A DNA stretch of 64,000 bases from Eledone cirrhosa (taxonomy: Eukaryota): the NCBI GenBank assembly GCA_964016885.1, contig OZ024741.1, positions 406,286,001 to 406,350,000 on the forward strand, in the 5' to 3' direction. Numbering within the stretch: position 1 is the stretch's first letter; the number at the start of each line of letters is the position of its first letter. The notes under the pieces were generated by a model that saw only the letters and a program-made list of their open reading frames with translations, searched no databases and was not told the origin of the DNA. A program made the translations under genes and the position numbers. This document shows, piece by piece, positions 1 through 12,500 of the stretch.

Positions 1-117
1 AGAGAGAGTGTATCATTCAATTGCTGTCATGTGTTCAACAGCTAAATATATTTATCGTAACTCTGAATTAAATTAAATAATCCGCAAAATCAAATAAATT
101 AATAGATATTTATATTG

Positions 118-326
118 TTGGCACAAGGCCAGCAATTTGAAAGGAAGGGGAAACTCGATTAAATTCTACCCCCGGTGTATTACTGGTACTTTATTTTATT
201 GACCCGGTAAGGATGAAAGGCAAAGGTAACCTCGGCGGGATTTGAACTTAAAACGTAAAAAGTCGTAACTCTATGCCATAAAGCATGTTATCCGACGCTC
301 TACCGATTCTGCCAATCCATCGCATT
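118..326 (-). mobile_element. tRNA-derived SINE with Nin/Deu-like core (octopus-type), copy 1
   Basis: Minus strand has a B-box-like AGTTCAAATCCC followed by GCCTTTCATCCTTACCGGGTCAATAAAATAAAGTACCAGT, resembling the Nin/Deu SINE core; similar to the adjacent copy at 345-592. Family assignment is from recognition, not a database search. Confidence 0.7.
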
Positions 327-344
327 GATGTAATAAATAATGGT

Positions 345-592
345 TTCTGGTTTAGACACAAGGTCAACAATTTGGAGGGACGGAAAGTCGATTATATCGA
401 TCCCAATGTATTACTGGTACTTTATTTTATCGACCCCGTAAGGATGAAAGGCAAAGTTAACCTTGGCAGGACTTCAACTCAGAATGTAAAGAGACAGAAC
501 AAATACTGCTAAGTATTTTGTATCACTAAATAACTTTGTGTTGCAACGCATCTTGTCCGGCGCTCTACCGATTACTGCTAATTCACCGTGCT
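345..592 (-). mobile_element. tRNA-derived SINE with Nin/Deu-like core, copy 2
   Basis: Diverged repeat of 118-326 (shared tactggtactttattttat.gaccc.gtaaggatgaaaggcaaag and gctctaccgatt blocks); short TAA-rich tract at ~330-341 lies between the copies. Confidence 0.7.
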
Positions 593-1370
593 CATGTAAT
601 AAATGTTTCCTTATTTGGTGTCAAATTACTTGATTAGGAGTGGATTTCACTGGAATCTCACAGCCAAACGAAGAACATAGCAATGTTCCATTAGAGACAC
701 GTTTAAAAATATCTTGTATTTATAATTGGTAAGATATTGTTTGTCTTAATACTAATATCAGAGTTTAACTAGGCTCCATGCTAACAATATTTTGTTTCAT
801 GTTCGTCCTCCATGCCAAGCTAATTGCAATTAGTAAAGGCAGATTTCCTGTTATTACTAGCTAGACACTGATACCTTTGAAATTCCTTCTCATTTTCATG
901 CCAACAGCAAGAAAGATTTAATTCAGCATACTCTCACGTCTTCAATAATAATCACCCCCCCCCCCCCCCACTGCTTTTGTTCCAAACCCAACCCCACTTA
1001 TTAAATCTTGCTAATCTATCTCTGGCGAAATGTTATTGTAAGTGATTCATATTGATACAGCAGTAGGAGAGTATAATAGTTATTTTATTTTACATTAAAA
1101 CAACATTATATATGACAAAAAAAGAATATTACAAGAAATCCCATATTTACGAACGTACCCTTTACAATTACTGATTTCCCAAACTCCTCTCATATAAGAA
1201 TTTAAGCAAATGTGCGACCACACCCCATCCCGTTTATTCCACACCCACCCCATCCCCTTATTTTGGACCCGAGAGTATATACAAAAAATTGTGGTGGTTT
1301 TTCCCTGTTTGACTGATGACGCACTATCTCTCTCTCTCTCTCTCTGGTGTGTTATCTTTTCTACATATTG

Positions 1371-1371
<1 letters not shown>

Positions 1372-1440
<69 letters not shown>
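1372..1440. repeat. (TA)n microsatellite
   Basis: Direct reading. Confidence 0.97.
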
Positions 1441-1445
<5 letters not shown>

Positions 1446-1598
1446 TACACGGGTGTGTATGATTGTGTATAGAAGGTTATATTAATAAAAGGAATTCCAA
1501 CTTTGTCTGATTTACTCGTTTTATTTACAATCCTTTAAAATTTATAATGCGATTAGAATGAAATAGTATGGTAGAATATTAAATGTTAAGTGTTAATT

Positions 1599-1635
1599 GA
1601 ACAAGTACTTTCATGCTTTCGCAATCTTCAGGTTC
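1599..1635 (-). ncRNA. Minimal type I hammerhead ribozyme (left arm)
   Basis: Minus strand: GAAC-CUGAAGA-U(UGC-GAAA-GCA)U-GAAA-GUAC-UU-GUUC. Stem I GAAC/GUUC, stem II with GNRA loop, self-complementary stem III AGUACU, predicted CUU cleavage triplet. Confidence 0.7.
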
Positions 1636-1710
1636 GTAATGTGTGGTGACAGTCAAGTTTGCAATTTTCAACAGTTGAAAATTGCAAACTTGACTGTCAC
1701 CACTGAATAT

Positions 1711-1747
1711 GAACCTGAAGATTTCAAAAGCATGAAAGTACTTGTTC
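1711..1747 (+). ncRNA. Minimal type I hammerhead ribozyme (right arm, stem II degraded)
   Basis: GAAC-CTGAAGA-TTTCAAAAGCAT-GAAA-GTAC-TT-GTTC; core intact, two substitutions weaken stem II relative to the left arm. Confidence 0.55.
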
Positions 1748-1900
1748 AATTAACACTTAACATTTAATATTCTACCATACTATTTCATTCTAATAGCATT
1801 ATAAATTTTAAAGGATTGTAAATAAAACGAGTAAATCAGACAAAGTTGGAATTCCTTTTATTAATATAATCTTCTATACACAATCATACACACCCGTGTA

Positions 1901-1925
<25 letters not shown>

Positions 1926-1931
<6 letters not shown>

Positions 1932-2597
1932 GAATAAAAATAGACCAAGGGATAAAATGTTCTCATCAGTAGTCTGCTGATTATCGTTGGTATTTCGACG
2001 CATTAAAGACTAGATACCTAAAATCAGTGCAAGTGATAACTCAATTAAGTTATCGGGACAGTGGGAAAACAGAGGGAAGGAAACAAACACATGGTAGTAT
2101 GCAACGTAAAGAGAGGAAATAGAGACAAGTCAATGAATCATGTGGGCATAAGCCCGATATATCAAATTGACGAGGAGAAATAGACACGTCCGAGCCGCGA
2201 GAAGATTGAGAGAGGAAAAGAAATTCAAGCAGGTCAGACGGGAGGAAGTGAAAGAGGGAGTGAGTGAAAGTGTGAGGAAGGGGCCAGCCGAGAGTGAGTG
2301 ACCAGCAGCGGGAGTTGAGGAAGGCAAGAGGTGAAGGAGAGAGAAAAGGTGATAGCAGTAAAGTGACAGAAAAAATACGAACTACTGCGAAGGGAAAAAA
2401 TATGTGAATGAAGAATGGCGTGCTGCGTTGTTGCGAACATGAATATATGAATAAAAATAGACCAAGGGATAAAATGTCCTCATCAGTAGTCTGCTGTTTA
2501 TCGTTGGTATTTCGACACATTAAAGACGAGATACCTAAAATCAGTGCGAGCGATAACTCCATTAAGTTATCGGGACAGTGGGAAAACAGAGGGAAGG

Positions 2598-2600
<3 letters not shown>
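1926..2600. mobile_element. Non-coding element with 153-bp terminal direct repeats, inserted in (TA)n
   Basis: 1931-2083 and 2448-2600 are near-identical direct repeats (period 517 bp) around a purine-rich interior; (TA)n on both sides; no TG..CA ends. Confidence 0.65.

Positions 2601-2668
<68 letters not shown>
2601..2668. repeat. (TA)n microsatellite
   Basis: Direct reading. Confidence 0.97.
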
Positions 2669-2671
<3 letters not shown>

Positions 2672-2938
2672 CACACAAAACATAATATTTGTAGAGCAAG
2701 CTAACGTCTTTTCCGCGTGTCTATTGATTTTTGAAGCGATAGTTCTAGTTGAAAGTGAAGTGTTGATATTCTAAATTGTAAGAAAAGGTCAGCTCTAACT
2801 AGCAACGTTGGAACAGTTTTCATGCTGATGAAAAAACATGTCAATTTTCTAATTAGCGTACAATTTATCTGTGGCTTCTTTCAAATTCCTCCGCATTCTC
2901 TCTTTGTACATACAACTGTATATGTATGTGCGAGTATG

Positions 2939-3163
<225 letters not shown>

Positions 3164-3468
3164 ATGCGTGTGTGTGTCTATGTGTGCATGCCTGCGTGCA
3201 GTATTTGTTTGTGTGTGTATGCCTGCGTGCAGTGTTTGTATGTGTGTGTATGCCTGCGTGCAGTGTGTGTCTATGTGTGTATGCCTGCGTGCAGTGTTTG
3301 TATGTGTGTGTATGCCTGCGTGCAGTGTTTGTATGTGTGTGTATGCCTGCGTGCAGTGTTTGTATGTGTGTGTATGCCTGCGTTCAGTGTTTGTATGTGT
3401 GTGTATGCCTGCGTGCAGTGTTTGTATGTGTGTGTATGCCTGCGTGCAGTGTTTGTATGTGTGTGTAT
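3164..3468. repeat. 31-bp minisatellite, about 9-10 copies
   Basis: Unit ATGCCTGCGTGCAGTGTTTGTATGTGTGTGT; starts at 3188, 3219, 3250 ... 3436. Confidence 0.93.
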
Positions 3469-3770
3469 GATTTAATCTGGCCGTGAAATAGAACCCTTGA
3501 ACAGATAATTGAAATGTCGGCAACCAGAAACAACCGAACCATCTAACGTCGTATTCCATAATAAAGTATATTTCCTGCTAAGACTTAATTTTCAGTATAT
3601 TTTATTATCATCTTTGCGACCACATTCCAACATTCCTAACAAATTTTCTCTACAATTCACCATTTTCCGTTGCTACTGGCAACTCCTCCCTACAGGGGTT
3701 TGTATCGTCTGAGAGTTGATTGATTTTCAAACAGGTCTTCTTCTGCTGCGTCTACCCATGTGTCCCACAA

Positions 3771-3825
3771 TAGATAGATAGGTAGATAGATAGATAGGTA
3801 CGTAGGTAGGTACTAGATAGATAGA
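3771..3825. repeat. (TAGA/TAGG)n tract, 3' flank of LINE copy A
   Basis: Direct reading; 3793-3823 is duplicated at 5076-5106. Confidence 0.92.
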
Positions 3826-5075
3826 TATGTTTCTTTATTAGCCACAGGGGCACAAAAGAAGGGGACAAATACAAAGGGGGAAGTTTACATAGAATAAAAA
3901 CGTGTAAAATATTATCACAAATGTAATTTAAAAATTAGTCGATTTTCCCCAATAGGGGGAGACATTACATATGGGTAACACATACCCCCGAAAAAAAATG
4001 TGCAACCCTCATCTCCAGGAGTACGAAGAATTTGTATTCCTTTCCTCTCCTCCTCATTTTCCTCAACCTACAGGCTGATATAGAGAGAAGGTCCATTCAC
4101 TCGGGCCATTCTCGCCACTTTCACCCACCTTTCATAAAACTTGCTGGGGTACAGCACCTCTCTCTCCATCCTCATTCTTCTTCCAAAGTGGTATTTGTAA
4201 AAAAAGAATCAGTTGTTGGCCGGAGAGAAAGGCGTCTGACCTCAGCCCTTTCAACCTCGTCCACCATACAACCTCTTTCGCCATAGTTATCACACAAAGG
4301 AAAACCGCCTCTCCTTCGTTTTTGAAGGAGGGTGGCGGTTTGATCATAACAATGGACTCGGTGGTCAACCGGATTGGTCTCACCCGCGACAATAGTCGTT
4401 CTACATAGCCCCACAGTTCACTGACGCCCAGGCAGTGTATGAATGCGTGCGCGACGGTTTCTTAGTCTCGCACGCACCTCGGACAGATCTTTTTTGCAGG
4501 GTCCTTGCCCGGGCGCCCATGTCTGTAGAGCTTGTCTCGAACTGGTAGAGCTCCTCGGTAGCACTGTCAGGCCAGGGACTTTTGGAAGTTGTCCATCCGT
4601 CCTGGGCGGAAGGTCCTACCGAACAGACTGGCTAGTTCGTCTTCCTCTACGCCCAGAGTTTCACCGAGCACGTCGTTGCACTTGCTGCGGATCAACCCTC
4701 TATAGAATGACGAAGTGGAGTCTCCACTGATCGCCGGGTCCGCCTGCCAGAGGGCTGTGAGCGCCTGAGCACATTCGATGTGCCAGTCGTTCCATTTTCC
4801 TCGGTCTTTGCTTGACCCAGGACTGCAGCTCGGTCAGCGAGACGAGTCGTGGGAAGGCTCGCCTCACGAACGGGGCCCATACCGGTTGTCCGGTGAGGAA
4901 TACGTAGAGTTGCCGAAGCCTGAGCGCGTGTTTGCGCATCGTCAGCCACGGCATCCCCAGCCCTCCGTTGGAAGGCCGTTGGCAGCAGATGGATCTTCTC
5001 ACCATAGGAGCCCGTCTCATCCAAAGGAATTGGAAGAGCGCGCGCTCCATTTTGGCTGGACAAGGCACGACGGTC
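3826..5075 (-). mobile_element. Tx1-like non-LTR retrotransposon copy A (5'-truncated, ~1.25 kb, decayed)
   Basis: ORF2 C-terminus (GGLGMP, CPRC..ET..H...C knuckle, KEVVWWTR) with frameshifts and stops; 3' UTR ends AATAAAGAAACAT then (ATCT)n; 31-bp target-site duplication. Confidence 0.9.
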
Positions 5076-5106
5076 GATAGGTAGGTAGGTAGGTACTAGA
5101 TAGATA

Positions 5107-6636
5107 AATAAATTTCTTTATTAGCCACAAGGGCACAAAAGAAGGGGACAAATACAAATGGGGAGTTTACATACAGGTATATGAAAATAAAACTATTAAT
5201 AAAATAACAAATAACAATTGATATCCCCAATATGGGGGGGGGGTTACACAGGGGTTGTACACACCCCGAAAAAATGTACAACCCTCATCTCCAGGAGCAC
5301 TAAGAGTGAGTACTCCCCTCCTCTCTTCCTCTTTTTCCTCAACCTACAGGCTTATATCGAGAGAAGGCCCAACCACTCGGGCCATCTTTGCCATATTCTC
5401 CCACCTATTATAAAGTTTTCTTGGGTACAGCACCTCTCTCTCCCTCCTGATTCTTCTTCCAAAATGATATTTGAAAAAACGAATCAGTTGCTCGCCGGAG
5501 AGAAAGGTGTCTGACCTCAGCCCTTTTAACCGCGTCCACCATACAACCTCTTTCACCATAGCCATAACACATAGGAAAACCGCCTCTCCCTCGTTTTTGA
5601 AGGAGGGTGGCGGTTTGATCATGACAATGGACTCGGTGGTCAACTGGATTGGTCCCACCCGCGACAATAGTCGTTCTACATAGCCCAACAGTTCGGTAAC
5701 GCCCGGGCAGTGTACAAATGCGTGCGCGACGGTTTCCTCGTCGCGCACGCACCTCGGACAGATCTTTTTCGAAGGGTCCCTACCCAGGCTCCCGTGTCTG
5801 TAGAGCTTGTCTCGAACTGGTAGATCTCCTCGGTAGCACTGCCAGGCCAGGGACTTTTGCAAGTTGTCCAGTGGTCCCGGGCGGAAGGTCCTACCGAACA
5901 GACTGGCCAGTTCGTCCTCCTCTACTCCTAGAGTTTCTCCGAGCGTGTCGTCGCACTTGCTGCGGATCAACCCTCTATAGAATGACGAAGTGGAGTCTCC
6001 ACTGATCGCCGGGTCCGTTACCAGAGGACTGTGAGCGTCTGAGCGCATTCGATGTGCCAGTCGCCCATTTTCCTCGGTCTTTGCTTGACCCAGGACTGCA
6101 GCTCGGTCAGCGAGACGAGTCGTGGGAAGGCTCGCCTCACGAATGGGGCCCACACCGGTTGTCTGGTGAGGAATACGTGGAGGTGCCGCAGCCTGAGCGC
6201 GTGTTTGCGCATCGCCAGCCACGGCATCCCCAGCGCTCCGTTTGAAGGGTGTTGACAGCAGATGGATCTTCTCACCAAAGGAACCCGTTTCTTCCAAAGG
6301 AATTGGAAGAGCGCGCGCTCCATTTTGGGGAGCATTTTGGCTGGACAAGGCACGACGGTCAAGCGGTAGTAGATGACGGACGCTATAAAAGTGTTCGCCA
6401 CCTCCGCTCGACCTTTCAAGGATAGTTTGCACTCGACCCACTTCTGGGTGAGCGCAAACACCTTGGCCGTCACCTCGTTCCAGTTCTTCTCCACCTGGAG
6501 GTCCGGACCAAACCAGACCCCGAGCAGCTTTACCGGTCCTTCTGTCCAGCGTCCGACGACGCCATCGGAAGGCATCGGTTTGCCTCTCCACGTTCCGAGT
6601 TGCAAACCGACGGATTTGTTCCGGTTCAGCTTCGCT
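5107..6636 (-). mobile_element. Tx1-like copy B (5'-truncated, ~1.5 kb)
   Basis: Translations VKLLGVWFG, LSLKGRAEVAN, CPRCVRDEETVAHAFVHC; one evident frameshift near 6020; same 3' UTR architecture; TAGG/TAGA tract at 6637-6708. Confidence 0.9.
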
Positions 6637-6708
6637 AGGTAGGCAGGTAGGTAGGTAGGCAGGTAGATAGGTAGGTTAGTGGGTATATTGGTAGATAGAT
6701 AGATAGAT

Positions 6709-9322
6709 TTCTTTATTTGCCTTAAGGGCTCACAAGAAAAGGGGACAATACAAAGACACATGCCCGGGAATTTACATACAATCGTGTAGAAATATTATTA
6801 AAACAAACAAATATAACAATCGAAATCCCCAATAGGGGGAGGCGTTACAAATGGGTTGTTTAATACCCCGTCGATAGAACAACCATCAACTCCAGGAGCG
6901 TGTTGTGCAAGTCCTCCTTTCTTCCTTTTGCTCTCTTCTTCAATCTACAGGTTTATATACAGAGAAGGCCCAACCGCTCGGGCCATTTTATATACATTCA
7001 CCCACCTTTCAGTAAATTAACTGGAGTGCAGTGCCTCTCTCTCCACTCTGATTCTCCTTCTAAAATGTTACCTAAAGAAGGGAATCAATTGTTGTCCGGA
7101 GTGAAAGGCATCTGTCCTCAGTCCTCTCATTCTCATCCACCATATAACCTCTTTTACCATAGCCACTATACAGAGGAAAACCGCCTCTTTCATTTTTGAA
7201 AGAAGTTGGTGGTTTGATCCTTACTATAGACTCGGTAGTCAAGTGGATTTGTCCCATACGTGACAGCAGTTGTTCTGCATAGTTCCACAGGTCGGTTACG
7301 CCCGGGCAGTGTACAATTGTGTGCAAGATGGTTTCAATGTCCTACTCGCATCTTGGACATGTCCTCTTGGAAGGAACCCTGCCGAGGCGTCCGTACCTGT
7401 AGATCTTGTCTCGACCAGGTAGAGCTCCTCGGTACCACTGCCAGGCCAGGGACATCTGGAAGTGGTCCATAGGTCCAGGGCGGAAAGTCCTACCAAACAG
7501 ACTGGTGGGCTCGTCGTCTTCGACGTCCAGAGTCTCTCCGAGCACGTCGTTGCACTTGTAACGTACTAACCCTCTATAGAATGTCGAACTGGAGTCTCCA
7601 CTGATTGCTGTGCCCGCTTGAAAGAGGACTGTGAGCGCCTGAGCGTATTCAATGTGCCAGGCGCCCATCGTTTTCGGTCTTTTCTTGACCCAGGACTGCA
7701 GCTCCGTCAGCGAGACAAGTTGTGGGAAGGCCTGTCTCACAAACGGGGCCCACACCGGTTGGTCGGTGAGGAATACCTGAAGATGCCTTAGCCTCAGTGC
7801 GTGTTTGCGCATCACCAACCATGGCATTCCCAGCCCTCTGTTGGAAGGGTACTGACAGCAGATGGATCTCTTCACTAGTGGATCCTGCTTCTTCCAAAGG
7901 AACTGGAAGAGCATGCGTTCCATCTTGGTGAGGTATTCGCGGGGACAAGGCACGACGGTTAAGCGGTAGTAGATGACGGACGCTATGAAAGTGTTCGCCA
8001 CCTCCGCTCGACCTTTCAAGGATAGTTTGCACTCTGCCCACTTCTGGGTGAGCACAAATACCTTGGCCGTGACCTCGTTTTTCTCCACCTGGAGGTCCGG
8101 ACCGAACCAGACCCCGAGCAATTTCACCGGTCCTTCCGTCCAGCGTCCGACGACGCTGTTAGACGGCATCGGTTTGCCTCTCCACGTTCCGAGTTGCAAA
8201 CCGACAGACTTGTCTGGGTTCAGATTTGCTCCTGTGAGCCTTTCGTATTCCTGCAGTAAGTTGCCGATCGCCTCGATTCCCTGATTTTTGACACCATCAC
8301 TGCCACGTCGTCGGCATAAGCCGACGCCGCTTTCCGCAGTCCCGGTTCCAACGGGATGCTCTTCAGAAGCTCCATCTTCCGCAGTAGTGGCTCTAGAGTC
8401 AATACGTACAGAATGGAGGAGAGAGGGCATCCCTGTCGAATGGAAGCGTGATTGCGAACGGCTCCGATAGGTAGCCGTTCACCTTGACCCTCGAGAATAT
8501 GCTGGTGTGCATCGCCTCGATCCAGCCTCTGAAGACTGGTCTGAAACCGGTCGCCTTGAGAACCGCTTCCAAGTATTGATGGTCGACCCTATTAAACGCC
8601 TTAGACTGATCTAAATTGATCAGAGCCCCACCGAAGCCGGGTTTACACCCCCACCCTCTCTATGAAGTATCGCATGAGGTGGAGGTTGTCGTGTATGGAT
8701 CCGGTTGGAATTGCACACGTTTGTGCTTATCCCACCAGGTTCTCGACGACAAGCGCCAGCCTCATTGCTAACACCTTGGCCAAAATCTTTAACTCTGTGT
8801 TAGGAGAGTTATAAGCCTAAAGTTGCTTAGTTCGTCCCCCCACCCCCGTTCTCGTCTTTCCTGATCAGCGTTACTACGCCCCTGCCGCCAGCAGAATTGG
8901 TAATTCTCCCGTTCTGCTGCCAGTTGCAGTAGACGGCTTCGAGGACGCCAGAGAACAAGTCTGGCATGCCTATATAAAACTCATAGGGTAGACCATCTAA
9001 TCCGGGTGACTTGCGTTTCCCGCAACGGCCCAGAGTGTCCCATCTCTCAGTGGCTGTGATAGGTCTTTCGCAGAACTCGGCGTCCATGCTCGAGAGACGC
9101 GGCAGGCCGTCGAAGTCTGAACCGAAGTCCATTGCCCCGTTCGGCGCACCGCCGCTGTGCTCGAACAGTTGCGCAAAGTACCGCTGAAAGGCTGTGCACA
9201 TCCGCTTGGAGTCAAGTAGCACGCGTTCGTTTTGGTCTTTCAAAGACCGAATCGTGGACTTGTTGCCAATTTTCGCCGCTGCCACTCGGGCCCAGCTAAC
9301 AGCTTTTGCTCCCTCGTTTCTG
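6709..9322 (-). mobile_element. Tx1-like copy C (5'-truncated, ~2.6 kb, most diverged)
   Basis: RT motifs KSPGLDGLP and AYADDV, plus CPRC knuckle, split across several frameshifted ORFs. Confidence 0.9.
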
Positions 9323-9577
9323 GATAGGTAGGTAGATAGGTATGTATGTAGGTAGGTAGGTAGGTAGGAAGGTCGGTAGGTAGGTAGGTAGGTAGGTAGG
9401 TAGGTAGGTAGGTAGGTAGGTAGGTAGGTAGGTAGGTAGGTGGGTAGGTAGGTAGGTAGGTAGGTCGGTAGGTAGGTATGTAGGTGGGTAGGTAGGTAGG
9501 TAGGTCGGTAGGTAGGTATGTAGGTAGGTAGGTAGGTAGGTAGGTAGGTAGGTAGGTAGGTAGGTAGGTAGGTAGAT
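9323..9577. repeat. (TAGG)n tract between copies C and D
   Basis: Direct reading. Confidence 0.96.
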
Positions 9578-12500
9578 ATGTTTCTTTTATTTGCCACCAG
9601 GGCATCAAAAGTGGGACAAGTACAAAGGGGGGAGTTTACACAAAAAGGCGTCCTCAATAAGGAGGAGGCAATAATGTATAAAAATAAAATAAAATATAAC
9701 AAAAAATAAAATGTGTAACAAAGTCCTCAATAGAGAGGAGGCGCCTTGGGGGGTCGCACACACCCCCGAAAAAAGTGTGCAACCCTTTTCCTCAGGAGCA
9801 CAGAGAGGGGGTGCTCCCTCGTTCCTTCCTCTTTTCCGCCTACAGGCTTATGTAAAGAGAAGGCCCATTCACACGGGCCATTCTCGCCACTTTCACCCAC
9901 CTTTCATAAAAACGGCTGGGGTGCAGCACCTCTCTCTCCATCCTGATCCTTCTTCCGAAATGATATCGGAAGAAACGGACCAGTTGTTGGCCAGAGAGAA
10001 AGGTGCCTGACCTCAGTCCTTTCAGACGCGTCCACCATACAACTTCTTTCACCATGGCTATTACGCACAGAAACACCGCCTCTCCTTCATCTTTGAAGGG
10101 GGGAGGCGGCTTGATCATTACAATAGACTCGGTGGTCAACCGGATCGGTCCCACCCTTGACAGCAGTTGTTCGACATAGCCCCACAGATCGGCTACGCCC
10201 GAGCAGTGTACCAGTGCATGTGCAACGGTTTCCTCGTCGCACACTCATCTGGGACAGATCTTTTTGGCGGGGTCCCTACCCGGGCGCCCGTCTCTGTAGA
10301 GCATTTCTCGAACGGGTAAAGCTCCTCGGTAGCACTGCCAGGCCAGGGACTTGTGGAAGTTGTCCATAGGTCCCGGGCTGAATGTCCTACCGAACAGGCT
10401 GGCCAGTTCGTCCTCCTCCATGTCTAGGGCTTCTCCGAGGGCGTCGTCGCACCTGCTGCGTACTAGCCCTCTATAGAATGTTGCGGTGAAGTCTCCACTG
10501 ATAACCGGATCCGCCTGCCAGAGGGCGGTGAGCGCCTGGGAACACTCAGTGTGCCAGGCGCCCAGTTTTCTAGGTCTTTGCTTGACCCAGGATTGCAGCT
10601 CGGTGAGTGAGACGAGTCTGGGAAAGGTTCGTCTCACAAACGAGGCCCACACCGGTTGACCGGTGAGGAATACGTAGAGGTGCCGTAGCCTTAATGCGTG
10701 TTTACGCATCATTAGCCACGGCATCCCCAGCCCTCCTTTCGAAGGGTGTTGACAGCAGATGGATCTCCTCACCATAGGCGCCCGCCTCTTCCAAAGGAAT
10801 TGGAAGAGCGCGCGCTCCATCTTGGTGAGGGTTTCCCTTGGGCAGGGCACTACGGTCAGGCGGTAGTAGATAACGGACGCTATATAGGTGTTCGCTACCT
10901 CCGCCCGACCTTTCAGGGATAGTTTGCAACTGGCCCACTTCTGGGTCAGTGCAAACACCCTGTTCGTAACCTCCGCCCAGTTTTTCTCCACCTGGAGGTC
11001 CGGTCCGAACCAGACCCCGAGCAACTTCACCGGGCCCTCCGTCCAGCGTCCGACGACGCCATCGGAGGGCATCGGTCTGCCCCTCCACGTGCTGAGTTGC
11101 AAACCGATCGACTTGTCCCGGTTCAGCTTAGCCCCTGTGAACCTTTCGTACTCCTCCAGTAAGGTGCCGACCGCCTCGATTTCGGAGGCTGTCGACACCA
11201 TTACTGTCACGTCTTCGGCGTAGGCCGACACCGCTTTCCGCAATCCCGGTTCCAAAGGGATGCCCTGCAACAACTCCAACTTCCGCAGTAGTGGCTCGAG
11301 AGTCAACACATACAGAAGGGAGGAGAGAGGGCACCCTTGTCGGATGGACCGCGCGATTTTGAACGGCTCCGAGTGGTAGCCGTTCACCTTGACCCTAGAG
11401 CAGATGCGGTCGCTGTGCATAGCAGTGATCCAGCCCCTGAAAACGGGTCCGAAGCCTGCCGCCGCTAGTACCGCATCCAGGTAACCATGGTCGACCCTAT
11501 CGAACGCCTTAGATTGATCCAAGTTGATCAGATCCCCACCAAAGCCGGGTTCGTTCCCAACCCTCTCTATGATGTATCGCATGAGGTGGAGGTTGTCATG
11601 GATGGACCTGGACGGGATAGCGCATGTCTGCGCATCTCCCACCAGGTTTCCCACGACAAGCGCCAACCTCTTTGCTAGCACCTTGGCCAAAATCTGTAAC
11701 TCTGTATTTAGCAGAGTTATGGGCCTGAAGTTACATATTTCGTCCCCCTTGTTCTCGTCCTTCCTCACTAGCGTGATTACGCCCTTGGTCACAGTACAGG
11801 GAATTCTCCCGTTCTGTTGCCAGTTGCAGTAGACCGCCTCGAGGAGATCGGGGAACAAGTCCGGCATAGCTAGATATAATTCGTAAGGAAGACCATCGAG
11901 ACCCGGGGATTTGCGTTTGCCGCATTGGCCCAGCACGTCCTCTATCTCAGCGGTCGAAATCGGCTCCTCGCCGGACTTCGCCTCCCTGTCCGAGAGACGC
12001 GGCAGGCCGTCGAGGTATGGACCGAAGTCCACATTCCCAACCGGCTTCCCGCCCCTCCCGAACAGTCGGGCAAAGTGCCTTTGAAAGGCCTCACACATCT
12101 GCTTAGGCTCAAGAATCGCCCGTCCATCCAGGTCTCGCAAAGACCGGATGGTGGATTTAGTTCCACTGTTGGCCTCTGTCACGCGGGCCCAGCTAACAGC
12201 TTTGGTCCCCTCGTTCCCTAGAGCACGTATTTTACTTCGGACAACGCAGCCTTCGTGCTTCGCGTCGAAAAACTGGCTCAAAGCCGTTCTCGACGCTAGC
12301 ACTCTGGCCACGTCGCCGCTTCTAATTGCCTCTTCTACTCTATCTACCAACTCCCTTTCCTTCCTATTTCTATTTGAGGCTAACTCCTTACTAAATTCTA
12401 TAGAGACTACTCTAATCTCTCTTTTGAGAGATCCCCACCACCTGCTGTTGACGATGGCGCCCGTCAACCGCTCCTTAACTAAAGTGCTAATGCGGTCCCT

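Larger units (their letters stand above)
1441..1905. mobile_element. 465-bp near-perfect palindrome inside (TA)n, probably head-to-head Penelope-like pLTR remnants
   Basis: 1441-1672 is the reverse complement of 1674-1905 around a single central A (1673), about 8 mismatches by eye; each arm contains a hammerhead motif; (TA)n on both sides. The palindrome is certain, the pLTR origin is inferred. Confidence 0.75.

Noticed and set aside
1311-1325. CTGATGA as another hammerhead core
   Set aside because: No following stem II/GAAA and no stem I pairing.
8827-9702. 291-aa ORF with (TYLP)n as a repeat-domain protein
   Set aside because: Chance read-through from the 3' UTR of copy D across (CCTA)n into copy C.
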